Source of the DNA: an uncultured Gemmatimonadales bacterium
GTDB taxonomy: Bacteria > Gemmatimonadota > Gemmatimonadetes > Gemmatimonadales > Gemmatimonadaceae
Assembly (NCBI GenBank): GCA_963793305.1
Contig: CAWBZV010000005.1
Span: forward strand, 192,001-256,000
Length of the DNA: 64,000 bases
Direction of reading: 5' to 3'
Shown here: one piece after another, positions 18,749-30,609 of the stretch
Numbering within the stretch: position 1 is the stretch's first letter
Layout of the letters: the number at the start of each line of letters is the position of its first letter
The notes under the pieces: model-generated
What the model was told of the DNA's origin: nothing
What the model saw: the letters and a program-made list of their open reading frames with translations, nothing else
The model's database searches: none
Translations under genes and position numbers: made by a program

Positions 18749-21212
18749 ATGGCAACGAAGCGGACTGGAAAATCTGGCGCGACGACGCGCACGCGTACGA
18801 GCTCGAGGCGGGCCAAGGCGCCCGCTCGCCGGCGTGCGGCCGCGCCTGTCAAAGATACGCCGGACACTGGCAGCGGTTCTGAGCGCGGCACGTCACTGAT
18901 CATTGTCGAATCGCCGGCCAAAGCAAAGACGATTGGCAAGTATTTGGGCCGTGGGTACCGCGTCAAAGCGACCGTCGGCCACATACGCGATCTCCCCGAG
19001 AAGAAACTCGGTATCGACGTCGACAACGGCTTCGAGCCGGAGTACGTCACGATCGCGGGCAAGGAGAAGACGCTCGCCGAGCTCAAGGCGGCGGCCGACG
19101 AATCCAGCGAGATCTTCCTCGCGACCGACCCTGATCGCGAGGGCGAAGCGATCGCATGGCACGTCGCCGGGCAGATCAAGAAACGCGGCGGCGCTCCGAT
19201 TCGGCGCGCCCGCTTTCATGAAATCACGAAGGACGCCGTCAAGAAAGCGCTCGAGGCAGCCGGCGAGATCGACGACAAGCTCGTCGAGGCGCAGCAAGCG
19301 CGCCGTGTGCTCGATCGCTTGGTTGGTTACAAGGCCAGCCCGGTACTCTGGAAGACGGTAAAGAAGGGTCTCTCGGCCGGTCGCGTCCAGACCGTCGCAC
19401 TGCGACTACTGGTCGAGCGGGAGCGCGAGATCCGCGCGTTCAAACCCATCGAGTACTGGACCATCGCCGCGGCATTGGAGCACGAGGGCCAGGGGTTCGG
19501 CGCGAAGCTCCATCAGATCGATGGGAAGAAAGCGGAGATCGCCAACGAGGCCGATGCCCGTCGCATCGTCGATGAAGCGGCGGACGCTGCTGCTCGCCTG
19601 CGCGAAGCCGCGAACGGGTCGGCCGCGCCGACTGGCATCGGCACCTTCCTCGTCACTGACGTCAAGCGCCGCGAGCGCCGCAAGAATCCGCAGGCGCCGT
19701 TCACGACCAGCACCCTCCAGCAGGAGGGCGCCAAGAAGCTCTCGTACGGATCCAAGCGCACGATGCGTCTGGCGCAGGATCTCTACGAAGGCATTGAGCT
19801 GGGCAAAGAAGAGGGCGCGGTCGGTCTGATCACGTACATGCGGACCGACTCGACCCGCATCGCGGAGAGCGCGGCGACGGCGGCCCGCGATTATCTCCGC
19901 GGTTTGTTCGGTGAGAACTATCTCGCGCAGGGTGGCCCGCAGCTCTACGGCGATGGCAAGGTCAAGAATGCGCAGGACGCGCACGAGGGTATCCGTCCGA
20001 CGGATCCCACGCGGCGGCCCGAGCTGATTCAGCGCTACCTGTCGGCGGACCAATTCAAGCTCTACCAGCTCATCTGGCAGCGCTTCATGGCCTCGCAGAT
20101 GGCGCCCGCGGTATTCGATACGACGACGGTCGACTACGACCTGGGTCGGTATCTCTTCCGCTCGACCGGGAGCGTCATCAAGTTCGCGGGATTCTTGACG
20201 CTCTACCGCGAGAGTCACGAGGAAGGCGAGCATCGCGTGCTCGAAGATGAGCAAGCCTTGCCGTCGCTCTCCACGGGCACGTACGTCCCGGTGCGCTCGA
20301 TCGATCCGACGCAACACTTCACCGAGCCGCCCCCGCGCTACTCGGAAGCCAGTCTGGTCAAGGAACTGGAACGCCTCGGCATCGGCCGGCCGTCAACCTA
20401 CGCGTCGATTATCTCAACGCTCGTCGACCGTCGCTACGCGCAACTCGAACAGCGCCGCTTTTTCCCGACGTTCGCTTGGCGAAAGCGTCGAGAAAGTGAT
20501 GGTTCGTCAGTTTCCGGACGTGTTTGACGTGACGTTCACGTCGAGCATGGAAGACCAACTCGACAAAATCGAGGAAGGTCAACGAAGCTGGCAGCGCGTG
20601 CTGAAGGACTTCTACACGCCCTTCTCGACCCGCCTCGCTCGCGTCGATGTCGAGGACCTGATCGCGGCCGCGCATGACCTGACCGCGGTCGCTGGCGAAA
20701 AGTGTCCAGACTGCGGCGGCCGCCTCGTGCCAAAGGGTGGTTTCTTCGGCCCGTTCCTGGCCTGCGAGAATCACCCGAAGAAGTGCAAGCACACGCGCCC
20801 GCTGCGTGGCGACCGCAAGCCGGCCGAGGTCACGGAGTACAAGTGCCACGAGTGCGGCTCCCCGATGCTCAAGCGCAACGGCCGCGCGGGCGATTTCTTG
20901 GGCTGCAGTCGCTTCCCGAAGTGCCGCGGCACGAGATCGATGCCGACGGGCGTGATGTGCCCGAAGGACGGCGGCGAGCTCGCCGCGCGGCGCTCGAAGA
21001 AGCGGGGGAAGGCGTTCTACGGCTGCGAGAACTACCCGAAATGCGACTTCGTCACGTGGGACAAACCCGTGAAGGAGACGTGTCCGGATTGCGGCTACGA
21101 GGGGGCCGAGGCCAAGTCGACGAAGGCGCGCGGAGAGTATCGCCGGTGCCTCAAGTGCCAGAACGAGTGGGACGTCCCGGCTCCGCCCGAGGTGGTGCCG
21201 GTAGCCGTCTAG
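18749..21212 (+). CDS. topA: DNA topoisomerase I with C-terminal zinc ribbons; one frameshift near 20470
   Basis: IVESPAKAK, ATDPDREGEAI, SAGRVQT, LITYMRTDS, GIGRPSTYA; continues in a second frame (LGESVEK...FT..MED.LD) with multiple CxxC motifs. Confidence 0.96.
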
Positions 21213-21778
21213 TTTTCGGGCCGTCCAAACAGCAGCTCGATGACTCCCAGGTCGGCGGCGCGCGTCAACACATAGACGTGGTCGCCGACTTCGAGTGTCG
21301 TGGGTCCTTTCGGCGCAATCAGTGTCCGACCCCTGACAATGACCGTGACTGCCGACGCGTCAGGAATCGGGAGCTCCGAGAGACGACACCCGGCGACGGC
21401 CAGTGTCTCGTCGACATAGAATGACAAGAGCTCCCCATCCATTGGCTCTCGCGAATCGATATCCAATCCCGCGCGGGTGGGCGGCGGCACCGCGCCCCGC
21501 AAACCGACCCACCCGACGTACGCGATCTCACGCGCCGGATAGCGAAATGGCGCCAGGCACACCGCCACGATCGCGGGCCGCGCGATGAACGCCAGAGCAC
21601 ACCCGCGGGCGCGGCGTAGCGCTTGAGTGCCGCCGCCGACGTATTGAGGCCCCCGTCGAACAGGATGAGCACGAGCGCGATGGTGCCGATCCGAAACGAG
21701 AGCCCGTAGTTCTCGAACGGCAGTCGCCCGAGGCGTTCCGATCAGGCGACGAGCAGCGTGGCCGTCGCCGCGGGTTCT
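21209..21778 (-). pseudogene. Internally deleted remnant of a CvrA/NhaP2-type K+/H+ antiporter with TrkA-C domain
   Basis: Fragments EPAATATLLVA*SERLGRLPFENY...ALVLILFDGGLNT, then FIARP...WVGLRGAVP, then TrkA-C (IVRGRTLIAPKGPTTLEVGDHVYV), all within about 570 nt, with a stop, a frameshift and no start codon. Confidence 0.8.
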
Positions 21779-22748
21779 ATGGAATCTCCGCCCGCTCGCA
21801 GCGGTCGAGCAGCCGCGTGTCCACGCGCACCTTCCCGTCCCGGCTCGGCTTGATGAACACGTTAATGAACTTGGCGCCCCACAGGATCTCGCTCGCGATG
21901 TACGAGGTGCGCGTGTGTACTTGCTGCGAGAACACCTCGTCCACCGCCGTGAGCAACACCAGCACTTCGGCCGACGAGTCCACGAGCTCCTGATAGGTGA
22001 GGCCATACAGTGGACTCGTCGCATCGATCGGATGCACGATCGTCCACGTGAGCGAAAAGAAAATCACCTTCGACCGCTCGAGGGTCAGCTCGTTGAACGT
22101 GCGCGTCCGCACGCCATTGACGGTCTCGAACCGCGAGAACGTGACCGTCGCCTCGAGTTGCACGAGCTCACTCCGCCGCTCGTTCACGAGGCGGAACATG
22201 AAGGCGGATTCGCCGCGATACGGCGCGACGACCGCGCGGTTGCTGAATCGGATCCGCGGGAGAGGCCGCGCGAACCGCGAGAAGATCAGCCCGGTCGCCA
22301 ACGCAATGGTCAAGATACTGACGATCGATTCGGCGACGACGCAGAAATTGGCGGTCGTGCCCACGGGGATGATATTGCCGTACCCGATCGTCCCGAATGT
22401 CTCGACGCTGAAGAAGAACGCCTCGAGGAATCGACTCGAAAACGTGAGCCCCGGGGCGTTCAACGCGGCGGGGCCGAGTGCCAGGTAGATCCCGGCGAAC
22501 AGCGCGTTAATCAAGAAGTACGTGCCCGTGAACAGCGCCAGGAACGCCGGCCACGACATCGTGAGCAGCGACTGATAGGGCGAGAGCCGGGCGGCGAGCG
22601 ATTGCCCGGCGCGGATGGCGTTGAAGCTCCCGTCGCGATTGAGGAGCCGGAGGCGGCTTTCCCGGGCGACGACGGAGCCGAACCCGAGATCGTGATCTTC
22701 CTGGCCGGGAACGACCGGCGTCGGCGGCGGCGGCGGCGAGGGCTGCAT
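21777..22748 (-). CDS. Inward-rectifier potassium channel (KirBac-type)
   Basis: FFFSVETFGTIGYG selectivity filter, two TMs, TGLIFSRFARP, FSNRAVV, WTIVHPIDATSPL. Confidence 0.92.
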   Translation of the reverse strand: MQPSPPPPPTPVVPGQEDHDLGFGSVVARESRLRLLNRDGSFNAIRAGQSLAARLSPYQSLLTMSWPAFLALFTGTYFLINALFAGIYLALGPAALNAPGLTFSSRFLEAFFFSVETFGTIGYGNIIPVGTTANFCVVAESIVSILTIALATGLIFSRFARPLPRIRFSNRAVVAPYRGESAFMFRLVNERRSELVQLEATVTFSRFETVNGVRTRTFNELTLERSKVIFFSLTWTIVHPIDATSPLYGLTYQELVDSSAEVLVLLTAVDEVFSQQVHTRTSYIASEILWGAKFINVFIKPSRDGKVRVDTRLLDRCERAEIP

Positions 22749-22788
22749 AACTGTTCACGATTATACGTGGACGCGCTAAGTTGCCGCT

Positions 22789-24099
22789 ATGGTTGTGTCC
22801 GTAGTCGGTGGCGGCCTCGCGGGATCCGAAGCCGCCTGGCAGTTGGCCGAGCGTGGATTCTCCGTCGTGCTCCACGAAATGCGTCCGGCTCGGACGACGC
22901 CGGCGCACCACACTGACCGCCTGGCCGAGCTGGTGTGCTCGAACACGTTCAAGAGCACGGAGCGGACGAACGCGCACGGACTGCTCAAGGCCGAGATGCG
23001 CTGCCTGTCGTCGATGATCCTCGAGGCAGCGGACGAGGCCCGTGTACCAGGCGGCACCGCCCTGGCCGTCGATCGCGACCGGTTCTCTGCCGCGGTAACG
23101 TCCCGCATCACCGGTCACCCGCGCATCACGGTCCATCGCGCCGAAATGGTCGACCTTCCCTCGCCGGGTATCATCGCCACCGGTCCTCTCACGTCCGACG
23201 CGCTCTCCCACTCGATCACGGCGGCCCTTGGGACTCACGCCCTGGCCTTCTATGACGCCATCGCGCCGATCATCGATGCCGAGTCGATCGACACGTCCAT
23301 TGTCTTTCGCGCGTCTCGGTATGACAAAGAGACGTTGGATCTCGACGATGTCGGCGCGTACCTGAATTGTCCGTTCGATCGCGCAGAATACGATGCGTTT
23401 CTGGATGCCTTGCTCTCGGCCGACCAGCACCAGGGTCATGCCTTTGACGAGGTCCCATATTTCGAAGGCTGTCTCCCGGTCGAAGTGATGGCCGCCAGAG
23501 GCCGAGATGTGCTGCGCTTCGGCCCGATGAAGCCCGTCGGTCTTGCCGACCCGCGCACGGGCCGCCGCCCGTATGCCGTCGCGCAACTCCGCATGGAGAC
23601 GCGCGCGGGCCAGATGTGGAACCTCGTGGGGTTCCAGACGCGCCTCCGCATTCCGGAGCAGCAACGCGTCTTCCGCCTGATCCCGGGCCTCGGCAACGCC
23701 GAGTTTCTGCGCTACGGCTCGATTCACCGGAACGCGTATGTGAACGCGCCAGCGACGCTCTCGCCGTACCTCTCGGCGCGGAGCGATCCGCGGCTCTTGT
23801 TCGCTGGCCAGATCACGGGCGTCGAGGGCTACACCGAGAGCGCGGCGACCGGCCTGCTCGCCGGCCGCAATCTCGCGCGCTTGCTCGACGGCGAGGACCC
23901 CACGATCCCGCCACCGACGACGATGCTCGGCGCGCTCTATCGGTATCTGCGCGAGGCCGATCCCCGGCATTTCCAGCCGATGAACGCGAATTTCGGTTTG
24001 CTCGATCCTCTCCCCGAGGAGGTCCGCGACAAGCGTCTCAAGCGGGAGCGGTTCGCCGAACGCTCACTCGCCGATCTCGCGGCGTGGTCGAGCCGATGA
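22789..24099 (+). CDS. trmFO: tRNA m5U54 methyltransferase TrmFO (Gid)
   Basis: GGGLAGSEAAWQ, ELVCSN, ALAVDR, YFEGCLPVE, FGPMKPVGL, AGQITGVEGY, FQPMNANFG. Confidence 0.96.
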   Translation: MVVSVVGGGLAGSEAAWQLAERGFSVVLHEMRPARTTPAHHTDRLAELVCSNTFKSTERTNAHGLLKAEMRCLSSMILEAADEARVPGGTALAVDRDRFSAAVTSRITGHPRITVHRAEMVDLPSPGIIATGPLTSDALSHSITAALGTHALAFYDAIAPIIDAESIDTSIVFRASRYDKETLDLDDVGAYLNCPFDRAEYDAFLDALLSADQHQGHAFDEVPYFEGCLPVEVMAARGRDVLRFGPMKPVGLADPRTGRRPYAVAQLRMETRAGQMWNLVGFQTRLRIPEQQRVFRLIPGLGNAEFLRYGSIHRNAYVNAPATLSPYLSARSDPRLLFAGQITGVEGYTESAATGLLAGRNLARLLDGEDPTIPPPTTMLGALYRYLREADPRHFQPMNANFGLLDPLPEEVRDKRLKRERFAERSLADLAAWSSR

Positions 24100-24986
24100 C
24101 GTCCGAGTTCCTCGTGCACCTCGAGAAAGAGCGCAACGTCTCGGCGCACACATTGGCAGCCTATACGCGCGACTTGGGCCGGTTCACCGATTTCCTGTCA
24201 TCGCGCGCGCATGGTGCCGCGTGGTCGTACGAGACCGTCGACCACCAGACCCTGCGCGCGTTTCTCGCGCACCTCTCGCGGTCTCGCTTGTCGCGTCGCT
24301 CGATCGCGCGGACCATGTCGGCCGTCCGCTCGTTCTATCGCTTTTTGCAACGCACCGATGTGATTGACGCGAACCCGGCTCGGAGCATTGCCTCACCCAA
24401 AGCCGATCGCCATTTGCCGGGGTATCTCACCCATGGCCAGGCCGAGGCATTGTTCGCGCTGGCGCAGACGCGTGCCACCGACGGTGGCATCGCGCACGTA
24501 CGCAATCTGGCGCTGCTCGAGTTGCTCTATTCGACGGGCATGCGCGTATCCGAGATCCACGGCCTGAATCGCACCGACATCGATCTCGTCAGCCAGCAGG
24601 CGAAGGTGCGTGGCAAGGGCCGCAAGGAGCGCATCGTCCCGATCGGCGATCACGCGACGCTGGCGTTGCGCAACTACGAAGCCAAGCGCGAGTCGCGCGA
24701 CCCGGCCGTCTTCCTCAACCAACGCGGCACGCGCCTGAGCATTTCGGGTATCCAAAAAATCGTGACGGCCCTCTTGGATGCCGTTGCGGGGGGCGAAGAC
24801 CTGAGCACGCACTCGGTGCGCCACTCCTTCGCCACGCACCTGCTGGATGCCGGCGCCGACCTGCGCGCGGTGCAAGAGCTCCTCGGCCATGCCTCGATCT
24901 CGACGACCCAGATCTACACGCACACGAGCGTCGAGCGCCTCAAACAGGTCTACCAGAAGGCCCACCCGAGAGGCGGGACGCGCTAG
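24096..24986 (+). CDS. xerC: Tyrosine recombinase XerC
   Basis: ERNVSAHT..AY, LYSTGMRVSE, GKGRKER, HSVRHSFATHLL, QELLGHASISTTQIYTH; synteny trmFO-xerC-hslVU. Confidence 0.9.
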   Translation: MTSEFLVHLEKERNVSAHTLAAYTRDLGRFTDFLSSRAHGAAWSYETVDHQTLRAFLAHLSRSRLSRRSIARTMSAVRSFYRFLQRTDVIDANPARSIASPKADRHLPGYLTHGQAEALFALAQTRATDGGIAHVRNLALLELLYSTGMRVSEIHGLNRTDIDLVSQQAKVRGKGRKERIVPIGDHATLALRNYEAKRESRDPAVFLNQRGTRLSISGIQKIVTALLDAVAGGEDLSTHSVRHSFATHLLDAGADLRAVQELLGHASISTTQIYTHTSVERLKQVYQKAHPRGGTR

Positions 24987-25014
24987 CTAGAGTTTTGCAT
25001 TGCTCAACCGCTCG

Positions 25015-25344
25015 ATGACCATCGAGCGCGTTCTGACGTTTGCTTTTGGCCTGCTGGCCACGATCGCGGCGGCTTTGCTGATCGCCGACGCGATTACCGC
25101 CCCAATCCAGCCATCCGAGGAGCGTCGCCGCCGGGAGCGAGCGTCCCGCAGCCGGCCGGGTGAGGCGCTGCTGGGGCTGGGCCTCACGGGCCTGGCCGCG
25201 GCCTTATTCAGCATGGACCGCTGGCCGTGGGGCATTATCGCCGTTCTGGCCGGTCTACTGTGTTTAATCGTCGGGGCTTGGCTCAACCGACGCCTGCTGG
25301 TCGAGAGTGTTCGCAACAGGGGCGCCGCCCGCCGTCGCCGTTAG
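25015..25344 (+). CDS. Small membrane protein of unknown function (about 3 TMs)
   Basis: Hydrophobic segments; fills the gap between xerC and hslV on the same strand. Confidence 0.65.
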   Translation: MTIERVLTFAFGLLATIAAALLIADAITAPIQPSEERRRRERASRSRPGEALLGLGLTGLAAALFSMDRWPWGIIAVLAGLLCLIVGAWLNRRLLVESVRNRGAARRRR

Positions 25345-25372
25345 GGGCTTGCCCGGCCGCTAAGTTTGTTGG

Positions 25373-25917
25373 ATGTCTTCGCTGCCAACTATCTACGCGA
25401 CAACTATTCTGGCGGTCCGCCGGAATGGCCACGTCGCCCTCGGTGGAGACGGCCAGGTGACGGTCGGGGAGACCGTCATGAAGTCCAACGCCCAGAAAGT
25501 GCGCTCACTCCGAGGCGGGAAGCTCCTCGCCGGTTTCGCCGGCGCCGCGGCCGACGCCTTTACGCTGTTCGAGAAATTCGAAGAGAAGCTGGAGCGGTTT
25601 CCGGGCAACATGCCCCGGGCGGCGGTCGAGCTCGCCAAGGACTGGCGTAGCGATCGCGTGCTGCGCCGTCTCGAGGCGCTCCTGGCCGTCGCCGACCGGG
25701 ACCACGGATTTGTGATCTCGGGGACGGGGGACATCATCGAGCCCGACGACGGCATCCTCGCCATCGGGTCGGGTGGGTCGTATGCGCTCGCCGCGGCGCG
25801 GGCGTTGGTGGGCAGTACGGACCTGGGCTCGGCCGAGGTGGTTCGCCGATCGCTCCAGATCGCCGCGGACATTTGCATCTATACGAACGCCAACATCACC
25901 GTCCTCGAGCCGACATA

Positions 25918-25918
<1 letters not shown>
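25373..25918 (+). CDS. hslV: ATP-dependent protease peptidase subunit HslV (ClpQ)
   Basis: [40 protein letters not shown]. Confidence 0.97.
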
Positions 25919-27395
<1,477 letters not shown>

Positions 27396-27399
<4 letters not shown>

Positions 27400-27539
27400 T
27401 CGTGCCGATGTCTTCGCTTGGCGCGCTTATCAAGCCAGACTTGGTGAAAGCACGCTGCGATGAAGCCGACGATCATGAGACCAAATAGGACTGGGTTGAC
27501 ATAGTCGAATAAAAAGTCGAGCCATTGAAGGGGCGTCAT
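27396..27539 (-). CDS. Putative 47-aa single-TM protein
   Basis: [51 protein letters not shown] overlap with the upstream ORF stop; GGAAGGA upstream. Confidence 0.5.
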
Positions 27540-27937
27540 TTCTTGAATCCTTCCTTGGTTGTGAGTCCTTGGATCACGGCGCCCCACATGAGTCCAGCGG
27601 CCGTAAGAGCCAGTGCGCAAGTATAGGCATTGCGAAGGCGTGCCACAGCGTGCAGTGCCTCTCCGACGAGGAACCCACCGTATGTCACGGCCGAAGCGAT
27701 CGTGATGAGGAGAGTGATGAACATCCACAGTGGCGACCGCTCACGTTGCGCAGGTCGGAGAAGCGCGAGTACCGCAGTGCTAGCTACCGACAGAGCGAAG
27801 AACAGCAGCTCACGGGTTGCTTCGAGGCTGAGCGCTCCGCGCTGGCCAACGAGGTAATGCGTGAGGATCCAAGCGCCGAGGGGCGCGAGCGCCATGACGC
27901 AGCCGATGCCCCACCATTCCCAGTGTTGTGTCCGCAT
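27536..27937 (-). CDS. Putative 4-TM membrane protein
   Basis: 133-aa hydrophobic ORF; TATCCT lies 6 nt before the ATG (leaderless-type arrangement). Confidence 0.6.
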   Translation of the reverse strand: MRTQHWEWWGIGCVMALAPLGAWILTHYLVGQRGALSLEATRELLFFALSVASTAVLALLRPAQRERSPLWMFITLLITIASAVTYGGFLVGEALHAVARLRNAYTCALALTAAGLMWGAVIQGLTTKEGFKK

Positions 27938-28038
27938 GAGCCGAGGATACGACCCAGCGTCAGTCGACCGTCATTCGCAAGTTGGCCACTTTCGCCCCCC
28001 GATTCTACTTTTCTGACTCCCCCCACCGTTTGCCGCCA

Positions 28039-29007
28039 ATGGCCACGACTACCGTGCCCGCGAGCTCAGCGTCCCCGGCCGCATCCGATGCGACCACTCC
28101 GCATCGCGACTTCCTGGTAATCCCGGACTTCTCGAAACAGGAGCTCGACGGCCTATTCGCCCTGGCCGAGCGGATGCGCAGTGGCGACTACTCGCGCCGC
28201 CCACTCGCCGGCCAGTCGTTCGCGATGATCTTCACGAAGTCATCGACGCGCACGCGCGTGTCGTTCGAAGTCGGCGCCTGGCAACTCGGCGCTCAGCCGT
28301 TATTCCTCTCGGCCCGCGACGTCCAAATCGGCCGCGGCGAGACCATCCCGGACACGGCCCGCGTGCTCTCGCGCTATGTCCACGGGATCATGATCCGCAC
28401 ATTTGCCCACGCGGATGTGGAGGAGCTCGCCCGTTGGGCAACGGTCCCGGTGATCAACGGTCTCACCGACTGGCAGCACCCCTGCCAGGTCCTCGCCGAC
28501 GTTGCGACGATTCGCCAGCATCTCGGGACCTACGAGGGCAAGCATGTCGCCTGGATCGGTGACGGCAACAATATGGCGAACTCGTGGATCGACGCCGCGT
28601 ATCGCCTGGGGTTCTCGTTGACGCTGGCGTGTCCCGAGGGCTACGACCCTGACGCCGCACTGGTCCGCCGCGCGCAATCGACGGCCAACGTGCGCGTCGT
28701 CCGCGATCCGCGCGAGGCGGCTGCCGGCGCGCACGTCGTGACGACCGATGTGTGGGCGTCGATGGGTCAGGAAGAAGAGCAGGCGGTGCGCGCGCGGGCG
28801 TTCGCGGGCTATGTCGTGGATGCAGCGATGATGGAGCGGGCGGCGCGGGACGCGATCTTCTTGCATTGCCTCCCCGCGCACCGCGGCGAGGAGGTGACGG
28901 CCGATGTGATCGACGGGCCCCAATCGAAAGTATTCGATGAAGCCGAGCAGCGGCTTCACGTCCAAAAGGCGATACTCGCGGTGCTCATGGGAGGAGAACT
29001 GCTGTGA
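28039..29007 (+). CDS. argF: Ornithine carbamoyltransferase
   Basis: KSSTRTRVSFE, HPCQ, GDGNN, DVWASMG, FLHCLP. Confidence 0.96.
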   Translation: MATTTVPASSASPAASDATTPHRDFLVIPDFSKQELDGLFALAERMRSGDYSRRPLAGQSFAMIFTKSSTRTRVSFEVGAWQLGAQPLFLSARDVQIGRGETIPDTARVLSRYVHGIMIRTFAHADVEELARWATVPVINGLTDWQHPCQVLADVATIRQHLGTYEGKHVAWIGDGNNMANSWIDAAYRLGFSLTLACPEGYDPDAALVRRAQSTANVRVVRDPREAAAGAHVVTTDVWASMGQEEEQAVRARAFAGYVVDAAMMERAARDAIFLHCLPAHRGEEVTADVIDGPQSKVFDEAEQRLHVQKAILAVLMGGELL

Positions 29008-29507
29008 TTGAGGCTGGACAGCCCGCTCCATTGTTTTCCGCGCAGGCCGATGACGGCCGGACGGTGACGCTCGAGTCACTCCGCGGCCGTTACGTGGTGC
29101 TGTATTTCTACCCAAAGGACGACACGCCCGGTTGCACCACCGAGGCCTGCGAGCTGCGCGACGCCTTCCCGCACTTCGACGCCGCCAACGCCACCATCCT
29201 GGGCGTCAGCCCCGACAGCGTCGCCTCGCATGTGAAGTTCAAGAAGAAGTTTGCTCTCCCGTTCACGTTGCTCGCCGACCCGGATCACGCGATCGCCGAG
29301 GCGTACGGCGCCTGGAAGGAGAAGCGGATGTACGGCCGCACCTACATGGGCGTCGAGCGCTCCACGTTCTTGATCGACCCCACCGGCACGCTTACCCACG
29401 TATGGCGTAAGGTGAAGGCCGATGGTCACGCCGCCGATGTCGCGACCACGCTCGCCGCTGCCACTCCGCCGGCGGCGAAGAAGAAGCGCCCGGCAAAGAG
29501 CAACTAA
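29004..29507 (+). CDS. bcp: Thioredoxin-dependent peroxiredoxin Bcp/PrxQ
   Basis: YFYPKDDTPGCTTEAC, GVSPD, RSTFLID. Confidence 0.95.
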   Translation: MIEAGQPAPLFSAQADDGRTVTLESLRGRYVVLYFYPKDDTPGCTTEACELRDAFPHFDAANATILGVSPDSVASHVKFKKKFALPFTLLADPDHAIAEAYGAWKEKRMYGRTYMGVERSTFLIDPTGTLTHVWRKVKADGHAADVATTLAAATPPAAKKKRPAKSN

Positions 29508-29736
29508 CTCCTCGCGCTTCGCGCTCGTCGCTTCGAGCGAGTCGAAGCTGCTCGAGCGAGGCGCCGCCGCTCGCACGCACGCTGGCGCCCCCATGCCATC
29601 GGACGCCGGGCCCGCGCAAGCCAACGGATGCCGGAGCCGCGCACACCACGGACGGTGCCCCGGACGGAGCCGCGCAGCTTAGTACAGCGATATTTCGACG
29701 CAAGGCGACGAGCGCGAAGCGCGAGGAGTTAGTTGC
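29500..29736. mobile_element. MITE-like non-coding element with perfect 32-bp terminal inverted repeats
   Basis: 29500-29531 GCAACTAACTCCTCGCGCTTCGCGCTCGTCGC is the exact reverse complement of 29705-29736; no credible ORF inside. Confidence 0.65.
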
Positions 29737-29765
29737 CCTTTATCCGCCGTGGATTACACGCCCTC

Positions 29766-29781
29766 AGTGACCATGGTCACA
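29766..29781. promoter_or_regulatory. CRP/FNR-family-like operator upstream of the minor pilin operon
   Basis: AGTGA-CCATGG-TCACA (9/10 match to TGTGA-N6-TCACA); the core GTGACCATGGTCAC is a perfect palindrome. Confidence 0.5.
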
Positions 29782-30021
29782 TGAATCCGCGTTAACCCCG
29801 CGTTATCGTACCCACCGCGAGGTAAACTCCCCTAATAGCGAGTTAACTCTATTCAAGACCGCGCGTTACGCAAACGGTCTCGGCTGTTATGGTGTGACGC
29901 CGGGGTCTGGGAGCGTGACGGCACATCAGCCAGGGATCCCTAGCTTGGACCTCGTACCAACGGGCACCCCAATCCGGGGGTCGCTCGCTTTGCGGTCTCA
30001 AGCACTCGACAGGGATTTCCG

Positions 30022-30609
30022 ATGAGCCATCGCCGCGGATACACGCTGATCGAAATGATGATCGTAGTGACGCTGATCGCGATCGTCACCGCGACCGCGA
30101 TGCCGCACATCGATTATCAAAACTCGCGCCAGGACGGCGCGGTGCGCGCCATTCGTGGCGCGCTGCAGCAGGCGCAGTCGTACGCCGTGAGCTCGCAGCA
30201 CGAGGTGTGGGTCATCGTCGATGCCGCCCACAATCGGGTCATTGCGGTTCAGGATCCGTCGGATAGCAACAAGTACGTCATCGGCGACCATTATTGGGCG
30301 GTACCCATGCAGGACGGCGCGAAGCTCGGGCTCGGCGCCGTCGCGCCGTTGACCGGTGACGCGGCGCCGGTCGCTGGAGTCGCGATCACGACCACGACGC
30401 CCATCACGGCTGGCGCGCTGAGCACCGTGCCGACGGGTTTTGTGTTCCGCGCCGACGGCGCGGTCAGCTCCAACGCGCAGATCTATATCACGTCGGCCCG
30501 CGGTCTCGCGAGAGATTCGAGAGCCATCGATGTCACCCAGGCGACAGGACGCGTCGACTGGTACCACTACAACGCCACGACCAACACTTGGGTCCTCGGG
30601 GGCTTCTGA
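30022..30609 (+). CDS. FimT/FimU/GspH-like minor pilin
   Basis: RRG/YTLIEMMIVV, LQQAQSYAV, FVFRADG, TGRV. Confidence 0.85.
   Translation: MSHRRGYTLIEMMIVVTLIAIVTATAMPHIDYQNSRQDGAVRAIRGALQQAQSYAVSSQHEVWVIVDAAHNRVIAVQDPSDSNKYVIGDHYWAVPMQDGAKLGLGAVAPLTGDAAPVAGVAITTTTPITAGALSTVPTGFVFRADGAVSSNAQIYITSARGLARDSRAIDVTQATGRVDWYHYNATTNTWVLGGF

Noticed and set aside
24096..24986. Tyrosine recombinase as a phage or island integrase
   Set aside because: It lies in the conserved topA-trmFO-xerC-hslVU context, so it is housekeeping XerC; no att sites or cargo genes are visible
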